Assembly: GCA_033763905.1 (NCBI GenBank)
Contig: JANRJP010000142.1
Coordinates: forward strand, 1 to 20,577
DNA: 20,577 bases
DNA from: Gemmatimonadaceae bacterium
GTDB taxonomy: Bacteria > Gemmatimonadota > Gemmatimonadetes > Gemmatimonadales > Gemmatimonadaceae
Reading direction: 5' to 3'
The stretch's first letter is position 1, and each line of letters opens with the position of its first letter. Position numbers and translations under genes: made by a program. Shown here piece by piece: positions 18,133 through 20,577 of the stretch. The notes beneath the pieces were generated by a model, which made no database searches, had not been told where the DNA came from, and saw only the letters and a list, made by a program, of their open reading frames with translations.

Positions 18133-18746
18133 GAACGCACACCGTCCAGCGACTCTACGGATCTCTCGCCGCTCGCTACGATGAGCGGTGGTCACAGTAC
18201 GTCGAGGACTCGCTGGCGAACGTACTCGCGGCCATTCACGTGGCTCCGCAGGAGCGAGTGCTCGACATCGGGTGCGGCACGGGCCAACTCCTTGATCGAC
18301 TCCTGGCTCGCGAGCCGACGCTGCGTTGCATTGGCGTTGACCTGACCCCCGAGATGCTCACGGTGGCACGGAGTCGGCTCGGCGACCGAGTCACCTTGGT
18401 CGAAGCGTCCGGTCTCGCCCTGCCACTTCCCGATGCGAGCGTGAACCTGGTGGTGTCCACGAGCGCGCTCCACTACATCGACGAGCCGGTGGCGTTCTTT
18501 CGCGAAGCGCGGCGTGTACTCCCTGTTGGTGGGCGGCTCGTGGTTTCGGACTGGTGCGCCGACTACCTGGCGATGCGCGCGCTGGGCGTGGTGCTGCGGC
18601 TAGGCAACCGTGGTCACCAGGACGTGCTGACGTTGCGGGCGTGTTGCCGAGCCGTCGAAGCCGCTGGCTTCGCGGTCACGGCGACGTCGCGCGCGCGACT
18701 GCGCGGGTGGTGGGGTATGATGACGGTCCTCGCGACCGCGCGCTGA
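18129..18746 (+). CDS. Class I SAM-dependent methyltransferase (UbiE/Methyltransf_11-like), 205 aa
   Basis: ATG 18129 overlaps the SSS stop (ATGA). Motif I VLDIGCGTG, then GVDLTPEML, LPLPDASVNLVV, ALHY and RVLPVGGRLVVSDW. The upstream part of the 650-aa track ORF is a shadow of the SSS gene. Confidence 0.92.
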   Translation: MRTHTVQRLYGSLAARYDERWSQYVEDSLANVLAAIHVAPQERVLDIGCGTGQLLDRLLAREPTLRCIGVDLTPEMLTVARSRLGDRVTLVEASGLALPLPDASVNLVVSTSALHYIDEPVAFFREARRVLPVGGRLVVSDWCADYLAMRALGVVLRLGNRGHQDVLTLRACCRAVEAAGFAVTATSRARLRGWWGMMTVLATAR

Positions 18747-18763
18747 GTCGCGTGGCCGACGTG

Positions 18764-20302
18764 CTACGGCACGACCTCCCACAGGATCGACGCGATCTCG
18801 CCCAGCGCCTGCCCTGCGACTTCGGCGGGGTCCTGACCGGCCACTGACAGATTGTTGAGGTAGATCGTGAACGCGATCTCACGTCCGCTCTTGGACGTGA
18901 AGTAGCCAGCAAGCCCTTTGCCGTGCACGAGCGAGCGCCGGTTGAGCGGATCGTACGAGCTGTAGGTCCCCGTCTTGGCAAAGACCTTTCCCGCACCGGC
19001 GCTCTTGGGTTGGATCAGCGCCAGCGTGCCATCGCGGCCGAGCGTCGGCAACGCGGCCTTGAACGCCTCGTGCCACGGACGCTGCCAAAGGCGCGCGAGC
19101 AGGCGTGTCATAAATCGCGGCGCGAAGTAGGCATCACCTCCGGCCCCGTCGCCCTGCACGGCACCGTCGAGCGGAAGCCCCTCGGCGGACAGGAATTCTC
19201 GCGCGATATCGAAGCCGGTCCGCGTGGAGTCGCCGTTCGCACGCGTCGCGGCGAGATACAGCGGCAGGTTGGACGCGTGCAGATTCTGACTGGTCTTGAG
19301 CAGCACGCGCGCTTCTTCGAGCAGGGTCGTGGAGCGATGCTCGGCGACGACCATTGAATCCACGACCAGCGTCTGGCGAGGTGACTGCCGCGCACCAAGT
19401 CGTGGCAGGGCCGCAACGCCGGACTGCGTGAGCACTTCGGCGAAGACGATCTCGCCGAAGCGCGATGGTACGGGCACCGGCCAGCGCACGTTCACCGGCG
19501 CACCGGCGGCGACGCCACCGCGCGGGACGCGTCCGCGCACGACGAGGACACGGTGATCGCGGTTGCTGCTGTCTTCGGTGATGCTCACCTGTGCCGGCAC
19601 GCCAGAATCCACCGTTACCAGCTGCGACTGCACGGTGACGTACGACGTGCGCGGCAGCACGTCGAGCTGCGCGGCCGCGCCAGCCACCGCCGCTGGCTGC
19701 ACGACCAGGTCGACCACGTTGTCGTTGAGGACGAACGGAGACAGCGTCACGCGCGTCCCCAATTCCTTGCCGCCTTCGGCGAAGAGCGACGCATCGACCA
19801 GCACCTGGCCAGTGAGACCGGTGATGCCGCGGCCGCGGATCTGCGCCGCCAATTGCCTCAGCACCACCAGCGGGTCGCCCGCCACCGGCGCGCCGCCGTA
19901 GGAGTGATCGCGGTCGATGAACGCCAACGAGCCGTCGGGCCGGAGGCGACCGGACAGGTTGGGGTCGCCGCTGGCGACGAGGATCAGATCGCCCTGCACG
20001 ACGCCGTTCACGACCGGCCCCGTCCGCACGACGCGTGTGGTGAAGCGGTGCTCGGCGCCGAGGGTGGCGAGTGCGGTGGCCATCGTCACGACCTTCGTCG
20101 TGGAGCCGGGCACGAAGAGGCGATCGCCGTTGTGCGACATCACGATGCGGTCGGCGGCGATATCGAGGACCTCAAGGCCCCACTGCGTGTGCGCGAAGGT
20201 CGGGCGCTCCATTACCGCGCGGACGCGAGGGTGGGGAGCGGGCTGGCCGTGGGCGGCGGCGGGGATCAGGGCGGCCGCGAGGAGCAGGAGGGGGAGGCGC
20301 AT
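18764..20302 (-). CDS. dacB: D-alanyl-D-alanine carboxypeptidase/endopeptidase (PBP4, peptidase S13)
   Basis: Signal peptide; FVPGSTTK (SxxK), GDLILVASGDP, KTSQNLHA (SxN), LPTLGRDGTL, AKTGT (KTG) and LAGY. Confidence 0.93.
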   Translation of the reverse strand: MRLPLLLLAAALIPAAAHGQPAPHPRVRAVMERPTFAHTQWGLEVLDIAADRIVMSHNGDRLFVPGSTTKVVTMATALATLGAEHRFTTRVVRTGPVVNGVVQGDLILVASGDPNLSGRLRPDGSLAFIDRDHSYGGAPVAGDPLVVLRQLAAQIRGRGITGLTGQVLVDASLFAEGGKELGTRVTLSPFVLNDNVVDLVVQPAAVAGAAAQLDVLPRTSYVTVQSQLVTVDSGVPAQVSITEDSSNRDHRVLVVRGRVPRGGVAAGAPVNVRWPVPVPSRFGEIVFAEVLTQSGVAALPRLGARQSPRQTLVVDSMVVAEHRSTTLLEEARVLLKTSQNLHASNLPLYLAATRANGDSTRTGFDIAREFLSAEGLPLDGAVQGDGAGGDAYFAPRFMTRLLARLWQRPWHEAFKAALPTLGRDGTLALIQPKSAGAGKVFAKTGTYSSYDPLNRRSLVHGKGLAGYFTSKSGREIAFTIYLNNLSVAGQDPAEVAGQALGEIASILWEVVP

Positions 20303-20341
20303 TCGTAGAGAATGCGGCGGGCGCTCTGGTTTGGGGAGGGT

Positions 20342-20531
20342 GTTGGCTGAGCACTGACTACGAGAGTCCGACGACCCTTGGCTTGTGTTGTCCCGGTCCC
20401 TGACTGCGTTGTCGGTAGACGGTCAGCAGTCACTTGCCCGTGACCGAGCACCGTCTACCCACGACGCAGTCGGGGATATCGACAACTCACGCTGAGGGAC
20501 ATCGGATCACGGTACTCAGTCATCAGTCAAC
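20342..20531. repeat. 190-nt imperfect inverted repeat (92-nt arms, 6-nt loop); structured ncRNA or palindromic/MITE-like element of unknown class
   Basis: Position i pairs with 40873-i without any gap from 20342/20531 to 20433/20440. Hand count: 66 Watson-Crick, 7 G-T and 19 mismatches. Loop TTGCCC at 20434-20439. Confidence 0.9.
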
Positions 20532-20538
20532 CACCGAA

Positions 20539-20577
20539 CTAGGCCCTCGGATGGGCCTTCTTGTACACCGCGCGCAG
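20539..20577 (-). CDS. Probable 3' end of a gene that starts beyond the window (...LRAVYKKAHPRA*)
   Basis: The reverse complement reads ctg cgc gcg gtg tac aag aag gcc cat ccg agg gcc tag, with almost all third positions G/C as in the real genes. Only 13 codons are visible. Confidence 0.5.
   Translation of the reverse strand: MRAVYKKAHPRA

Noticed and set aside
9912..18763. Seven-gene module as a mobile genomic island
   Set aside because: No integrase, transposase, tRNA or flanking direct repeats were seen. Any compositional difference could not be quantified by eye.
20266..20451. Small ORFs overlapping the palindrome (possible type I toxin)
   Set aside because: No hydrophobic helix, no ribosome-binding site, and it overlaps the dacB start.
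20342..20531. Palindrome as 6S RNA, SRP RNA, integron attC, hammerhead ribozyme or CRISPR
   Set aside because: The length fits 6S, but there is no large central bubble in this register. There is no GNRA-capped SRP domain IV. GTT...AAC is the reverse of the attC arrangement and there are no extrahelical bases. No CUGAnGA/GAAA core and no repeat-spacer array. An Rfam scan is still needed to exclude 6S formally.

Overview
GC-rich bacterial chromosomal window. The gene set and protein style suggest a Gemmatimonadota-like organism (inference). It is almost fully coding: a 5'-truncated GH3 glycosidase with PA14 domain coupled to a Tat-exported GH29 alpha-L-fucosidase, a short PLP-dependent Ser/Thr dehydratase, a large secreted beta-propeller/amidohydrolase, a beta-lactamase-family serine hydrolase, a hemolysin-III membrane protein, and dacB (PBP4). 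Between 9988 and 18746 lies a compact seven-gene module: DedA/TVP38, MerA-like flavin disulfide reductase without the C-terminal Cys pair, DUF547, YnjF-like CDP-alcohol phosphatidyltransferase, TonB-dependent receptor, Na+/solute symporter and SAM methyltransferase. It looks like an uncharacterised uptake, redox and lipid-incorporation system. The most striking non-coding signal is a 190-nt ungapped imperfect palindrome (20342-20531, two 92-nt arms, 6-nt loop) whose mismatches recur roughly once per helical turn. No rRNA, tRNA, CRISPR array or transposase was seen. All calls come from motif recognition by eye; no database searches were run.
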